Assembly (NCBI GenBank): GCA_043815505.1 | Contig: JBDRIV010000004.1 | Coordinates: 7,135-71,134, forward strand | Source of the DNA: a bacterium | GTDB taxonomy: Bacteria; Patescibacteriota; JABMPQ01; JBDRIV01 | Length of the DNA: 64,000 nt | Direction: 5' to 3' | Part shown: positions 1 to 10,826 of the stretch, piece after piece | How positions within the stretch are numbered: position 1 is the stretch's first letter | How the letters are laid out: each line of letters starts with the position of its first letter | Translations under genes and position numbers: made by a program | The notes under the pieces: generated by a model | What the model was told of the DNA's origin: nothing | The model's database searches: none | Seen by the model: only the letters and a program-made list of their open reading frames with translations

Positions 1-414
1 TACTAAGGTTTTCATATTGAATTTTTCTGCCAGCCACGACGCGGCCATTAGTGCTAAGGGATCCTTCATAACCAGTCGCGCACTTCTTTTCTTGAATAGT
101 TTTAATTTTCGGCTTTGCAACCATTCATAATATGCTCTTTTTAAATTTCTTTCTTTCCCTAACACGCCAGTCCAATCATAATACGATTCAAATTTTAACA
201 AATGATCAAGGTGATGTAAATATTTTTCTTCGTTATCGCTATCAATATATTCAAACCAGTAACGAAATTTGAAATTGCATTTTTTGCAGTGCGGACGATT
301 GAGATTAAAAGGCTCATGAAGATAACCAATATTTTCTGCTTTAGCTACAATATTTCCCACCCAAGTTGAACCGGAACGATGAGCTCCAGTTATTAGAATC
401 GGTTGCTTTGACAT
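1..414 (-). CDS. Sulfotransferase, partial (runs off the window start)
   Basis: Not in the ORF track. Manual translation from ATG at 414 (TAATG overlap with the gmd stop) gives [20 protein letters not shown]...HEPFN...MKDP, with a 5'-PSB PAPS-binding motif. Frame is open to base 1. Confidence 0.85.
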   Translation of the reverse strand, partial: MSKQPILITGAHRSGSTWVGNIVAKAENIGYLHEPFNLNRPHCKKCNFKFRYWFEYIDSDNEEKYLHHLDHLLKFESYYDWTGVLGKERNLKRAYYEWLQSRKLKLFKKRSARLVMKDPLALMAASWLAEKFNMKTLV

Positions 415-1472
415 TAATATGTAATTTTATTTTTCTTAACTAGTTCCATATCGGCTTCAACCATCATTTTTACTAGATCTTTGAATTTGGTTCTTGCTTC
501 CCAACCAAGTATTTTTTTTGCTTTGGTTGGATCCCCAATCAATTCGTTAACTTCGGTTGGTCGATAATATTTCGGATCAGAAGCAATAATTGTCTGACCG
601 GTTTTTTTATTAATTCCTACCTCGTCTTTTCCTGATCTTTTCCATTCAATATCAATTATTAAGACTTTACAAGCTTCTTCAATGAATTGTCTGACAGAAT
701 AAGTTTCACCAGTTGCAATTACATAATCGTCAGCTTGTGATTGCTGTAACATCAGCCACATTGATTCCACATATTCTTTGGCATAACCCCAGTCTCTTTT
801 AGCATCCAGATTTCCAATATAAAGTTTTTCTTGTTGTCCGTTTACAATCTTAGCAAGTCCCATGGTAATCTTTCTGGTTACAAATGTTTGACCACGACGA
901 GGAGATTCATGATTAAATAAAATGCCATTGCAACCGAAAATATTATAAGCTTCACGATAATTTTTCACAATCCAATATGCATAAAGTTTGGCTACACCAT
1001 AAGGACTACGGGGATAAAAAGGTGTTGTTTCCGATTGTTTTGGCTCCTGTATTTTTCCATATAATTCGGAAGTTGATGCCTGATATAATTTTACTTTTTC
1101 AGTCATTTCCAAAAGTCTGATGGCTTCCAAAATTCTTAATGTTCCCAACGCATCAGAGTTAGCGGTATATTCCGCCGTATCAAAACTAACTTGCACGTGA
1201 CTTTGAGCACCCAAATTATAAATTTCATCAGGCTGAATTTCTTTTACTAATCTAATTAAATTAGTGGCATCAGTTAATTCGCCGTAATGTAAAAATAATC
1301 TTTCGGCTTCGTGCGGATCTTTGTACAGATGATTTATACGCCAAGTATTGAAAGTAGAACTTCTTCTAATTACCCCGTGAACCTCATACCCTTTTTCCAT
1401 TAGTAAATCTGCTAGGTATGATCCATCTTGTCCGGTTATTCCTGTTATTAATGCTATTCTTCGATTCGTCAT
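414..1472 (-). CDS. gmd: GDP-mannose 4,6-dehydratase (copy 1)
   Basis: [30 protein letters not shown] and NHESPRRG motifs. Confidence 0.97.
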   Translation of the reverse strand: MTNRRIALITGITGQDGSYLADLLMEKGYEVHGVIRRSSTFNTWRINHLYKDPHEAERLFLHYGELTDATNLIRLVKEIQPDEIYNLGAQSHVQVSFDTAEYTANSDALGTLRILEAIRLLEMTEKVKLYQASTSELYGKIQEPKQSETTPFYPRSPYGVAKLYAYWIVKNYREAYNIFGCNGILFNHESPRRGQTFVTRKITMGLAKIVNGQQEKLYIGNLDAKRDWGYAKEYVESMWLMLQQSQADDYVIATGETYSVRQFIEEACKVLIIDIEWKRSGKDEVGINKKTGQTIIASDPKYYRPTEVNELIGDPTKAKKILGWEARTKFKDLVKMMVEADMELVKKNKITY

Positions 1473-1481
1473 AAATTAATC

Positions 1482-2294
1482 TTAGTACTTATAGTCTAAT
1501 TTTCTGTTTCTTTTTTTAGCCTTAAGCAATTTATATTTCTTCATTATACCAAGTTTTAAAAATATGTAAGACAGTATATTTATTATTTTTCTTTTTATAA
1601 TAAATTTAAATAACCTGATTTTTCCTAATTGTTTTTTTATTATTCTTTTTTCTTCATCATATGCTAATTTTTTATTTGCCCCAAAACCACCGGTTGTAAA
1701 TTTAGCTACTATCTTTTTTGTATATTTACTTGGGTATTTTCCGATAAACACTTTGTAAAGTAGATCCGTATCAGCTGCCAACTTAAAACTCAAGTCAAAC
1801 ATTCCTAGCTTTTTAATAACTGAGGTTTTAATAAATACTCCCTGATGATTCATTGATTCAACTTTTCTCACAACGTCTTTTTCATAATATTTTATGTTGG
1901 TGAGATAGTTTAATTGGGATTTTTTATCTTGGATTAAAACGTTCCCAAAAATCATTGCTAAATCCTTCTCTTGTTCAAATTCCTTTACAATGTTTGATAT
2001 AACTTCTTTATCATATAATTCATCATCGGCATTTAGGAAATAAATAACTTCACCATTGGCAATCGAAATACCTTTGTTCATTCCATCATAGATTCCTTTG
2101 TCCCCTTCCGAAACAAAATAGTCTATTGAATTTTTATACTTTTCAATAATTTCTAAAGTACCATCTTTTGAACCGCCGTCAATAATAATATACTCAATAT
2201 TACTATAATTTTGTTGAAGTATGCTTTTTATAGTTTGTTCAATCGTATCTTTTGCATTAAACACGGTTGTAACAACAGAAATTTTTAAACTCAT
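1482..2294 (-). CDS. GT2 glycosyltransferase (WcaE-like)
   Basis: IIDGGSKDGT, GIYDGMNKG and FLNADD motifs. Confidence 0.9.
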   Translation of the reverse strand: MSLKISVVTTVFNAKDTIEQTIKSILQQNYSNIEYIIIDGGSKDGTLEIIEKYKNSIDYFVSEGDKGIYDGMNKGISIANGEVIYFLNADDELYDKEVISNIVKEFEQEKDLAMIFGNVLIQDKKSQLNYLTNIKYYEKDVVRKVESMNHQGVFIKTSVIKKLGMFDLSFKLAADTDLLYKVFIGKYPSKYTKKIVAKFTTGGFGANKKLAYDEEKRIIKKQLGKIRLFKFIIKRKIINILSYIFLKLGIMKKYKLLKAKKRNRKLDYKY

Positions 2295-2308
2295 TATTTA
2301 TACTGAAA

Positions 2309-3175
2309 CTAATATATACGCTTTTTTATCCTTAGCCATGTATATGTAAAAAATCTTACTATAGCAGGCGGAGTTAAACAAAAGTATTTATAAAAAATAT
2401 GCCTTTTAAAATCAAACTTTAGACCATTCTTTTTTACAAAGATCAAATAGCTTTTTCGCATTGATTTATAATCTCTTCTGGTTTTATTATACTCTTTATT
2501 CTTAATACTATCAGACATTTTATCATGTATTATTTTACTATCAGTGGATATATAGGACTTATATTTACAATTCATTAGATAAATACCTTTTTGCAAATCT
2601 TCAAAACCAACAAAGTATTCTGGATCCCATTTGATAGTTGATGACAATTCTTTTCTGTATACAATACATCCAGAACATAAATCATCAACATGGAGATATT
2701 TTTCAACATTTTCATGTATTTTTGGTCTCGACATTTTTAACACCCCATTCTTAATGTTGAAATTCCTCCCACAGACCTTCCATTTCTTTTCATTACTATT
2801 AACGTCTTCAGTCAATATGCAACCCATTGCACCAACATCAGAATGCTTTGCAAACATTTTGAATATTGGCTCACACCATCCAGGCTGAAGATACATGTCA
2901 TCATCTAAAGACATTAAGAAAGGTGTTTCAATTCCTTCAACTAGTTTTGCTCGCCCGCGTGATGCTCCAATATTTTCACTTGAATATATTATTTCATAAT
3001 TATCATTTGAATTCAGTTCTTCTAGATATTCTTTAATGCTTTCATTTATATATCCATTATTAAGTATCTTAACACTGTGATTAACTGTTGTGTTTTTTTT
3101 TATGTGTTCAATAGTTTTTTTTAGTTTATCCAACCTTCTATAATGTACTATGTAAATTGTAAGCATCGTATTCAT
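2309..3175 (-). CDS. GT2 glycosyltransferase
   Basis: NIGASRGR, SLDDD (DxD) and FVGFED motifs. Confidence 0.8.
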   Translation of the reverse strand: MNTMLTIYIVHYRRLDKLKKTIEHIKKNTTVNHSVKILNNGYINESIKEYLEELNSNDNYEIIYSSENIGASRGRAKLVEGIETPFLMSLDDDMYLQPGWCEPIFKMFAKHSDVGAMGCILTEDVNSNEKKWKVCGRNFNIKNGVLKMSRPKIHENVEKYLHVDDLCSGCIVYRKELSSTIKWDPEYFVGFEDLQKGIYLMNCKYKSYISTDSKIIHDKMSDSIKNKEYNKTRRDYKSMRKSYLIFVKKNGLKFDFKRHIFYKYFCLTPPAIVRFFTYTWLRIKKRIY

Positions 3176-3196
3176 GTTTTGGCGATAATTATCCTA

Positions 3197-4087
3197 TTAA
3201 TTACTAATTCCTACTTTTTCAAAGAATATTTCGAAGGCGCATTTTTGCTTAAGCAATCTTTCATCTTTCATGAGATCATCAATAGTAATTCTTTCCACTG
3301 TTGTTTCTTTTAGAATACTACGGAAATGATTATCATGAGTTATTGCCACCATAATCTCAAAACCATTATCTTTTAGTTTTTGTAACATTTCCTTACTTTT
3401 TTCGGGTTCTATAATATGAGTATGTAGTTCAATAAACAAATGCAGATTAGGATTGTTTTTTAGTGTTTCATTCATCCCTTTAAGTGCCTCATATTCATAA
3501 CCCTCAATGTCCATACGAATCATATCTATATTTCCTTTGTTTTTCAGAAAATTATCAACGCTTTTAGTTTGAACCATTTCTGTTTTATAATCACGTGTTT
3601 TTGGTTTACCCATAGAATGAAGATTTGAACTACTAGTTACATACAAAGGATATTCACCATCTTTGTCACTAATAGCCATGTGATTTACTTCAATATTATT
3701 AGCATTATTCAACTTAATATTTCTTTTTAGAAGATTAATATTATTTTTTTCTGGTTCCACCGCATAAACTTTTCCTGTCTCACCAATTATTTTTGATTCC
3801 ATTAAAGCATAATAACCAACATTGGCTCCCAATTCAAATATTTTAAAACCGGGTTTAATTAATTGTTTAATTACTTTTGTTGCTTCAAATTCTCTCACAC
3901 CATCCATGGCTAATTGTTTAAAAATACTTGCTTCATATACATCCAAACCTTTCTTGGCTGTGGAAATATACATTTTATAACCATTAATATTCTTCACATA
4001 TTCATTAGAGGGATGAAATAATTTTATAAGCAACCATTTTATGTTCCTATAAATTATAGCCACTACGAACTTGATTTTGCTAAACAT
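3197..4087 (-). CDS. FkbM-family SAM-dependent methyltransferase
   Basis: ELGANVGYY, AVEP and MDIEGYE motifs. Confidence 0.9.
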   Translation of the reverse strand: MFSKIKFVVAIIYRNIKWLLIKLFHPSNEYVKNINGYKMYISTAKKGLDVYEASIFKQLAMDGVREFEATKVIKQLIKPGFKIFELGANVGYYALMESKIIGETGKVYAVEPEKNNINLLKRNIKLNNANNIEVNHMAISDKDGEYPLYVTSSSNLHSMGKPKTRDYKTEMVQTKSVDNFLKNKGNIDMIRMDIEGYEYEALKGMNETLKNNPNLHLFIELHTHIIEPEKSKEMLQKLKDNGFEIMVAITHDNHFRSILKETTVERITIDDLMKDERLLKQKCAFEIFFEKVGISN

Positions 4088-4107
4088 TTATTATGATTAA
4101 TACTTTT

Positions 4108-5241
4108 TTAATTATTTTTTAATTCAGCGATACTTCTATATACGGTCATATATTTATTTGCCATATTTGACCAACTAAGTTCTTCTGCTTTTTTTCTACT
4201 TGCAATTTTCAATTTTTTTAAATATTTATTATCTTCGCAAATGGATTTCATGGATTTATAAACTGCATCAACAGATCTATTTGATAAAATAATACCATTA
4301 TCTTTAATTATTTCTTTTGCTCCACCAGTATTGGAAGTAATTATGGCTAAACCTGATGCCATAGCTTCCAACAAAGAATTACTCATCCCCTCATTTTTTG
4401 AAGGTAAAACCATTGCATCTGCTTGTCCAAGATATTCAGATATTTCTTCATGTTTTAACACTCCAGCAAATTCAATATTTTTACTCAATCCTTTTTCAAT
4501 AACTATTCTTTTTAGTTCTGCTTCCATATTTCCACCACCGATTAATACTAAACGAGCATTTTTATAATCACCAACTATTTTTAAAAAAGCTTCTACTAAA
4601 ATATCTATACCCTTTCTTTTAATTAGTCTGGAGGTAGAAATAAAAACTACTTCTTTTTTATTTCTATTACTACTTGTAAATTCTTTTATATCTACACCAT
4701 TGTAGATTACATCTATTGGTTGTCTTGGATTTGTTAATAAGGCTTTGTTTTTCAAATCTAGGGAATTTGCTATAACCTTTTTAGCTCTTTTCCAAATATT
4801 TTTACTCATTCTAACAAACAACAATTTATCTAACCAATAAAATCTATCATTATAAAATGGTACGTCACTTCCTCTTAGACTTACTATAAATGGCAAATTT
4901 AAATTTTTTGCAACATAACCACAAGGAATACCAAAAAAAGCATGGACTAAATCATATTTATTCAAAGCAATTAATTTCTTACAATATTTCCGAGCTCTAA
5001 GGGCATATTTTAACAATTCAGTCATTCGTTGATAATGCAAATTTCCGTTTTTGTTAACATCTAAATAATGAACTTTTATTTTGTCAGAGAAATTTTCAAC
5101 TTTACTTTCATTTACTGACGAAGTTACCAGATCAATTTCTAAATTCTTAATCTTACTAAATTCTTTTAGCAAATAATAAGTCGCATTACCAGCTCCCCCA
5201 CCCAGTGGCGGAAATTCATAATTTAAGACTAATATTTTCAT
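4108..5241 (-). CDS. GT4 glycosyltransferase
   Basis: EFPPLGGG, RLIKRKG and EGMSNSLLEAMASG motifs. Confidence 0.92.
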   Translation of the reverse strand: MKILVLNYEFPPLGGGAGNATYYLLKEFSKIKNLEIDLVTSSVNESKVENFSDKIKVHYLDVNKNGNLHYQRMTELLKYALRARKYCKKLIALNKYDLVHAFFGIPCGYVAKNLNLPFIVSLRGSDVPFYNDRFYWLDKLLFVRMSKNIWKRAKKVIANSLDLKNKALLTNPRQPIDVIYNGVDIKEFTSSNRNKKEVVFISTSRLIKRKGIDILVEAFLKIVGDYKNARLVLIGGGNMEAELKRIVIEKGLSKNIEFAGVLKHEEISEYLGQADAMVLPSKNEGMSNSLLEAMASGLAIITSNTGGAKEIIKDNGIILSNRSVDAVYKSMKSICEDNKYLKKLKIASRKKAEELSWSNMANKYMTVYRSIAELKNN

Positions 5242-5242
5242 A

Positions 5243-6946
5243 TTAGTTGCTAGGGATAAACTCTTTATCTTCTAAATATTTAATCACTTTCTCAGTACAA
5301 GCGACTGTGTCTAATTCTGCAGTTTTTAAGTCTATATCAGGGTTTTGCGGTTCTTCAAATGGATCATTAACGCCAGTAAAATTTTGAATCTCACCTGCTC
5401 GAGCTTTGGCATAAAGTCCTCTGGTATCACGTTTCTCGCAAACCTCAATTGGCGTATTCATAAATATTTCTATAAAATTTTCAGTTTTGGCTCGCAAATC
5501 ATCACGCTGTTTTTTATAAGGTGAAATAAATGATGATATTACTCCCACACCATTGCGTGATAAAAGTTGCGCCACAAAACCAACCCGACGAATATTTTCA
5601 TCTCTATCTTCTTTGGAGAATCCTAAATCTTTGGTTAAGGATTCACGAACTATATCTCCGTCCAGTCGTTCAATTTTTATTCCTCGATCTTTTAGGACTT
5701 CATAAACTGCATCCGCTGTAGTTGTTTTGCCTGATTGAGACAGACCGGTAAACCACAACACAAAACCTTTTTGTTTGCCATTGGTTTTTTTATACATTGT
5801 ATCTACTAATGAATTATTACTATTAACTAAAAAATTAAATACTTCAGATCGTATAACATGTTCCGGTGGTTGTTCTTTTTTCTCAATCATTTCTCTTAAG
5901 GCAGTTCCTGATATGGATTCCGCCTCATCTTCTGGACATTCATTTACAAACATCAATTCTTTCTTTACTTTATTGTAAACCACACCTGCTAATTTCATTA
6001 TTTCTATACCGATTTCTTCTGGCTTGAATTTGTCAAAAACACTTTGAGCAGCGAACGGTTCATAATAATCTCCTACTCCAGCATGATCACGACCAACAAT
6101 AAAATGTGTACATCCAAAGTTTTTTCTAATTAAGGCATGAAAAACGGCTTCGCGTGGACCAGCGTAACGCATTTTTAAAGGCAGAATTCCCAGCACCACT
6201 TTGCCTTCGGGAAAATGTTGTTTAATTAAAATTTCATAACTTACCAAAATATATTCATCTTTAAAGTCCTGTATTTTTTTATCACCGATTACTGGTTGAA
6301 CAAACAAACCATCAACTTTGCTTAAAGCTTCGTGTTGTAAAAATTCGTGTGCTCGGTGCGGAACATTTCTGGTTTGAAAAGCCACAATTTTATTCCAACC
6401 AAGTTCTTCAAATTTTGCTCTGGTCTCAGCTGGCGAAAAATTGTGTTCCGGAAAAGTTTTTTTAGTATTATTCAGAAGTTCGATTTTACCACCAACAAGA
6501 TATTTATTCATTTTATATGTAGCTTCTACGCCCGGATGTTTTTTATCAATTGTCCCGTAAACATTTTGAGCAAATTCTTTTTTATTATATTCATAAATTT
6601 CCGGTTTTTGTAATAAAGCAACTGGCTTATAATCCTCATCCACCAACATTATTTTTTTCTCTCCATTAATTAGTTCTTTTTCTTTGTCATCAATATCTAA
6701 AACTATGGGAATGGACCAAACCACACCACTAGCTAGACGCATATCGGCCAACACAGACAAATAATCTTTTTTTCCTAAGAAACCTTCCAGAGGCGAATAA
6801 ACTCCACGAGCAATATTTTTTACATCTTTTACTTGTTCCTTATCAAGTTGAACTTTTTTGTAATTTTCTTGCTCACCTATTATTTTTTCAGCTTCTTCTT
6901 TGGGCAGAATTTTATTTACCAATTTTCCACCATGCGGTTGTATCAT
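5243..6946 (-). CDS. sat-cysC: Bifunctional ATP sulfurylase / APS kinase (PAPS synthetase)
   Basis: N-terminal Sat domain (FQTRN, HRAH, GRDHAG). C-terminal APS kinase (GLSQSGKTT P-loop, LDGD, FTGVNDPFEEP). Confidence 0.95.
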   Translation of the reverse strand: MIQPHGGKLVNKILPKEEAEKIIGEQENYKKVQLDKEQVKDVKNIARGVYSPLEGFLGKKDYLSVLADMRLASGVVWSIPIVLDIDDKEKELINGEKKIMLVDEDYKPVALLQKPEIYEYNKKEFAQNVYGTIDKKHPGVEATYKMNKYLVGGKIELLNNTKKTFPEHNFSPAETRAKFEELGWNKIVAFQTRNVPHRAHEFLQHEALSKVDGLFVQPVIGDKKIQDFKDEYILVSYEILIKQHFPEGKVVLGILPLKMRYAGPREAVFHALIRKNFGCTHFIVGRDHAGVGDYYEPFAAQSVFDKFKPEEIGIEIMKLAGVVYNKVKKELMFVNECPEDEAESISGTALREMIEKKEQPPEHVIRSEVFNFLVNSNNSLVDTMYKKTNGKQKGFVLWFTGLSQSGKTTTADAVYEVLKDRGIKIERLDGDIVRESLTKDLGFSKEDRDENIRRVGFVAQLLSRNGVGVISSFISPYKKQRDDLRAKTENFIEIFMNTPIEVCEKRDTRGLYAKARAGEIQNFTGVNDPFEEPQNPDIDLKTAELDTVACTEKVIKYLEDKEFIPSN

Positions 6947-7740
6947 TTAATTTCCTTTGTTATTTTCTTATTTAATTCTTTGTTAGCAGAACCTACTATA
7001 CCATCTAAATTATGGGGATCTTTTTTATTAAATTTCAAATCTTGACCCTGCATTCCTGTTACTACTCCTCCCGCTTCTTGTAAAACCACCACGCCACCAG
7101 CTGAATCCCATTCCCATGATTTTGGGCTTAAAGATAGGTAAATATCAGCTTTATTTTCAGCTATTTTACACATTTTCAAGCTTACACTGCCACATTTTAC
7201 ATAATTTTTCACCTGCAATTTCTTGGCCAAATCTTCTTCAGGACCGCCGGAATGATTACGACTAACGATGGCTCTCGCTTCTGCTGTTTCTGAAACTGTA
7301 GAAGTTTTTAACCCAACCTTTTGTCCATCCTTAATTTTATATGAACCTTGTCCTTTTATACCGTAATATGTTTCTCCAGTTACTGGCTGATAAACAATTC
7401 CCATAATGGGCTCCCCATTTTTTATTAAACCAACAATTATAGAAAATTCTCCTGTTTTTTGAATAAAATCCTTGGTTCCGTCCAAGGGATCAACTGTCCA
7501 AATAAATTCGGAGTCTAAACGTTTCTTATCATCAATAGATTCTTCAGCTAAAACTGGATAACCATATTTTTTTAAACCTGCAACTAAAATATCGTTTGAT
7601 TCTGTATCAGCTTTAGTTAAAGGACTGTTATCATCTTTTATTTCAATTTTATAATCCTTATTATAATAAAATCTTACTCGTTCTCCGGCAGTGTGAACTA
7701 ATCTTATAATTTCGGAAGCAACAGTTTCGGGATTATTCAT
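6943..7740 (-). CDS. cysQ: 3'(2'),5'-bisphosphate nucleotidase (PAP phosphatase)
   Basis: SPLTKAD, LAEE, DPLDGTKDF and EWDSAGG inositol-monophosphatase-family motifs; next to sat-cysC. ATG at 7740 preferred over TTG at 7743. Confidence 0.9.
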   Translation of the reverse strand: MNNPETVASEIIRLVHTAGERVRFYYNKDYKIEIKDDNSPLTKADTESNDILVAGLKKYGYPVLAEESIDDKKRLDSEFIWTVDPLDGTKDFIQKTGEFSIIVGLIKNGEPIMGIVYQPVTGETYYGIKGQGSYKIKDGQKVGLKTSTVSETAEARAIVSRNHSGGPEEDLAKKLQVKNYVKCGSVSLKMCKIAENKADIYLSLSPKSWEWDSAGGVVVLQEAGGVVTGMQGQDLKFNKKDPHNLDGIVGSANKELNKKITKEIK

Positions 7741-8680
7741 CAACTTCTCCTTTAGCTATAACCTCCTTGATGGAATAATTAGTTTTGCCGTTGGAGTAGT
7801 AAGTTTTGATATTTATATCAGCTATAATGCCAAATATTAGAAATTGCACTCCGAGTACCACCAAGAATACCGCCAATAAGGGCAAAATGCTATCTTGTAA
7901 AGAAATATATTTCATTATTCTGGCAATAAACAAGTATAATCCTAGAATTGAACCACTTAAAGTAAAAAGAATTCCTATACCACCAAACAAATGTAAAGGA
8001 CGAGAGGCATATTTACGCCAAAACCAAACTGAAATCATGTCTAAAAATCCTTTAACCACTCGTTTCCAATTATATTTAGTAACTCCAGCCTTACGAGAAT
8101 GGTGTTCAACTTTAACTTCGCCAATTTTATAGCCATCAAGTTTTAAAACTGCCGGTATAAAACGATGCATTTCCCCAAATAAAGTTAAATGATCAAAACA
8201 TTCACTGCGATAAGTTTTCAAACTACAACCAGAATCTTGAATACCATCATTAATTAGAAATTTTCTTAAAACATTGGCACCACGCGATAAGAAATTTTTC
8301 ATAAAGGAATCTTTTCTATTATGTCGCCAACCTGATACAATATCAAACCCCTCATCCATCTTGGCTAGCAATTTGGGAATTTCTTCTGGCGGATTCTGCA
8401 AATCTCCATCCATAGTAATGTAAATTTCTCCCTGTGCTGCTTTAAAACCGGCATCAAGAGCTGCCGTTTGACCAAAGTTTTTTCTCATCACCACAATTTT
8501 CACCGGCATAAGCTTTGATAATCTTTTAACGCTATCATCTGTGGAACCGTCGTCAACAAAAATAACCTCATAAGATTCTGCCAATTTATCCATAGTTTGG
8601 AGAATCCGAGCATGAAGTTCTTCCACGTTTTCGGCCTCATTAAAGACCGGCACTATTACCGAATACTTGTATTTTGCCAT
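7733..8680 (-). CDS. Polyprenyl-phosphate glycosyltransferase (GT2, ArnC/GtrB-like)
   Basis: VDDGSTD, NFGQTAAL, DGDLQNPPE and EMHRFIP motifs; two C-terminal TM helices. Confidence 0.9.
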   Translation of the reverse strand: MAKYKYSVIVPVFNEAENVEELHARILQTMDKLAESYEVIFVDDGSTDDSVKRLSKLMPVKIVVMRKNFGQTAALDAGFKAAQGEIYITMDGDLQNPPEEIPKLLAKMDEGFDIVSGWRHNRKDSFMKNFLSRGANVLRKFLINDGIQDSGCSLKTYRSECFDHLTLFGEMHRFIPAVLKLDGYKIGEVKVEHHSRKAGVTKYNWKRVVKGFLDMISVWFWRKYASRPLHLFGGIGILFTLSGSILGLYLFIARIMKYISLQDSILPLLAVFLVVLGVQFLIFGIIADINIKTYYSNGKTNYSIKEVIAKGEVDE

Positions 8681-8726
8681 AAATTAGGTGCCTTTTTTAG
8701 CAAAATTTAAAATCACTATATAGCAC

Positions 8727-8755
8727 AACTTATCATATTTTTTTGTTCTTGGCAA
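8727..8755 (-). promoter_or_regulatory. Candidate sigma70 promoter for the 8680-to-1 operon
   Basis: TTGCCA-17 nt-TAAGTT with TG extension, in the divergent spacer. Confidence 0.4.
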
Positions 8756-8836
8756 TTCTTTTTTCTTTTCGATAATAAGCTTATAATTTGGCTTATTTAA
8801 GGGTTTTATTGCTGTTTATAATAACTTGCTTAAGTG

Positions 8837-8845
8837 TGTTATAAT
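8837..8845 (+). promoter_or_regulatory. Extended -10 promoter, probably giving a leaderless or near-leaderless mRNA
   Basis: TGtTATAAT ends 7 nt before ATG 8853. Confidence 0.5.
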
Positions 8846-8852
8846 AACCTAT

Positions 8853-10826
8853 ATGGAAGTTGAAGAAAATCAAAATTTAATAGAAGAATTTTTTGAGCCA
8901 ACTATTCGCAATACTGGCATTGTTATTGCTATTTATTTGGCTCTCTTGACAACCTTGGCTATGTTTGGTCTATTCTCTAAAACAGTTGTGATAGTACTTT
9001 TATTTCCAGTAATATTTTTATTTTTATTTTGGCTTTATAAATATCTGCGAAAATTAGAAACTCCTTGGCGCATCCAAAAATTTGATTTTATTGCTCTGCT
9101 TTTAATTCTATTTATTGCTATTGCCCTTGGCGCCTTTCATCATCATTTACCAATGGGTCGCGACGATATGGCCTATATGGCTAGTGCTGTCAACATTTCT
9201 GATAATGGCAGTTTAGAATTTGAAGATGTTTACAGCTATCCTTTTTCCCCTTGGCAAGAAATTTCTGACAATACTTTTACTTCCCAGTTTGTTCCTGTTT
9301 ATGCTGTTGGTTTAGCTTCTTTTTATGTTTTATTTGGACTGACGGGAATTTATTGGTTTAATGCAGTATTAATATTTTTAACCTTATTATTTCTATTTCG
9401 TTTAATAGTTTTACTTACAAAAAGTAGACATTCTGGCATTACATTAATATTACTTTTCAGTTCCCTTTTTACAACGATTTGGTTTGTTCGACGAACAAAT
9501 TCAGAAATTCTATTTATGTTTTTGTTTTGGTTGGGAATTTATTTATTTGTACTGGGGTTCAAGAATTCTAAAATTAATCAAACTTTGTTGGGATTTATAC
9601 CCATCACTCTTCTTCCCCTAGTTCGTTTTGAAGGTGTCTTTTTTATAGTTTCTTATTTATTAGTTTTTATATATTTACTACTTTTCTCAAATTTACGCCA
9701 TAGTAAAACTCGAGCTACAAAATATATTTATTTACCGCTGATTCTTAATTTGGGAATTTTTGTTTGGTATGTTGTTTTGTATAGTTCTGGCTATATTTCT
9801 CGTATTCTAAATGAATATTTTGGTACATTGACTTCATATTTGCTAAACAATTGGATCTTTCTAATTATTTTATTGCTTCTGGTTGTGGGTATAATAATCT
9901 ATCGTGTATTTTATTTCACCAAAAAGGAAATCTCTAAAATAAGTTTTTCCCGATTATTTTTTACTTTATTAATATTAATTGGAATTGCTTGGGGAATTTA
10001 TGAATATTTTCTGTTGCAGTATGCTGATACTGTCAGCTGGGGACAAATAAAGAGTTATTATATAGCCTATAGCTTTTTCACTTATGGTTTTGTCTGGTAC
10101 ATAATTATAGCCCTATTTGGTTGGTATAAAAAATATTTTAAGAAATCTGTTTGGTTAATTGTTCTTATTTCTTTGCCCAGTTTTATGTTCCTAATTGAAC
10201 CTGGTATTGCCATTGATCATCCTTGGTATATGAGAAGGTTTATTGCTGTATTAATTCCCCTACTTATAATACTTGCTACTATCACTTTGGCTAAATTAAG
10301 GCTACCTTTAAAACAACTTTTAAGTTTAACTCTTATTTTACTGGCTTTAAATATAACTATTAGTTTACCAATTTTAATTTATCGCGATCATTTAGGAGTT
10401 GATCAGGAATTGTCAGATTTTGCTGAGCATTTTAAAGACAATGATTTACTAATCATGCAACCCGGTTGGGACTGGCAACAATGGGCTTATGGGCTTCATT
10501 ATCTACATGATTTGGATGTTGTGCCTAGAGAAGATAATTTAGCTAAAGATAAATTGAACGAAATAATTAACAGTCACGAACATATTTATTTAATTAGCAC
10601 CAGCGAAGATTATCGTCACCCTCTTTTTCCCGGCCCCTATGCAGAACCTGATTTTAAATGGCTACTTCATTATCCAGAAATGCAAAAAGCTGCTGATATG
10701 AATTTGTATATTGATGACAAAGGAGCCAATATGAAAACATCAGCCATTAAAGCTTATTTAGACGAATTACCACCACGAGTTATTATGGAAAAACAAACTC
10801 TTTGGTATATAACAAAGGTTAAGTAA
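8853..10826 (+). CDS. Polytopic membrane protein, probable GT-C (ArnT/PMT-like) glycosyltransferase
   Basis: More than 12 hydrophobic segments, GRDD acidic loop motif, NSE, RFEG and WYMRRF motifs, C-terminal soluble domain. ATG 8853 preferred over TTG 8826. Confidence 0.65.
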   Translation: MEVEENQNLIEEFFEPTIRNTGIVIAIYLALLTTLAMFGLFSKTVVIVLLFPVIFLFLFWLYKYLRKLETPWRIQKFDFIALLLILFIAIALGAFHHHLPMGRDDMAYMASAVNISDNGSLEFEDVYSYPFSPWQEISDNTFTSQFVPVYAVGLASFYVLFGLTGIYWFNAVLIFLTLLFLFRLIVLLTKSRHSGITLILLFSSLFTTIWFVRRTNSEILFMFLFWLGIYLFVLGFKNSKINQTLLGFIPITLLPLVRFEGVFFIVSYLLVFIYLLLFSNLRHSKTRATKYIYLPLILNLGIFVWYVVLYSSGYISRILNEYFGTLTSYLLNNWIFLIILLLLVVGIIIYRVFYFTKKEISKISFSRLFFTLLILIGIAWGIYEYFLLQYADTVSWGQIKSYYIAYSFFTYGFVWYIIIALFGWYKKYFKKSVWLIVLISLPSFMFLIEPGIAIDHPWYMRRFIAVLIPLLIILATITLAKLRLPLKQLLSLTLILLALNITISLPILIYRDHLGVDQELSDFAEHFKDNDLLIMQPGWDWQQWAYGLHYLHDLDVVPREDNLAKDKLNEIINSHEHIYLISTSEDYRHPLFPGPYAEPDFKWLLHYPEMQKAADMNLYIDDKGANMKTSAIKAYLDELPPRVIMEKQTLWYITKVK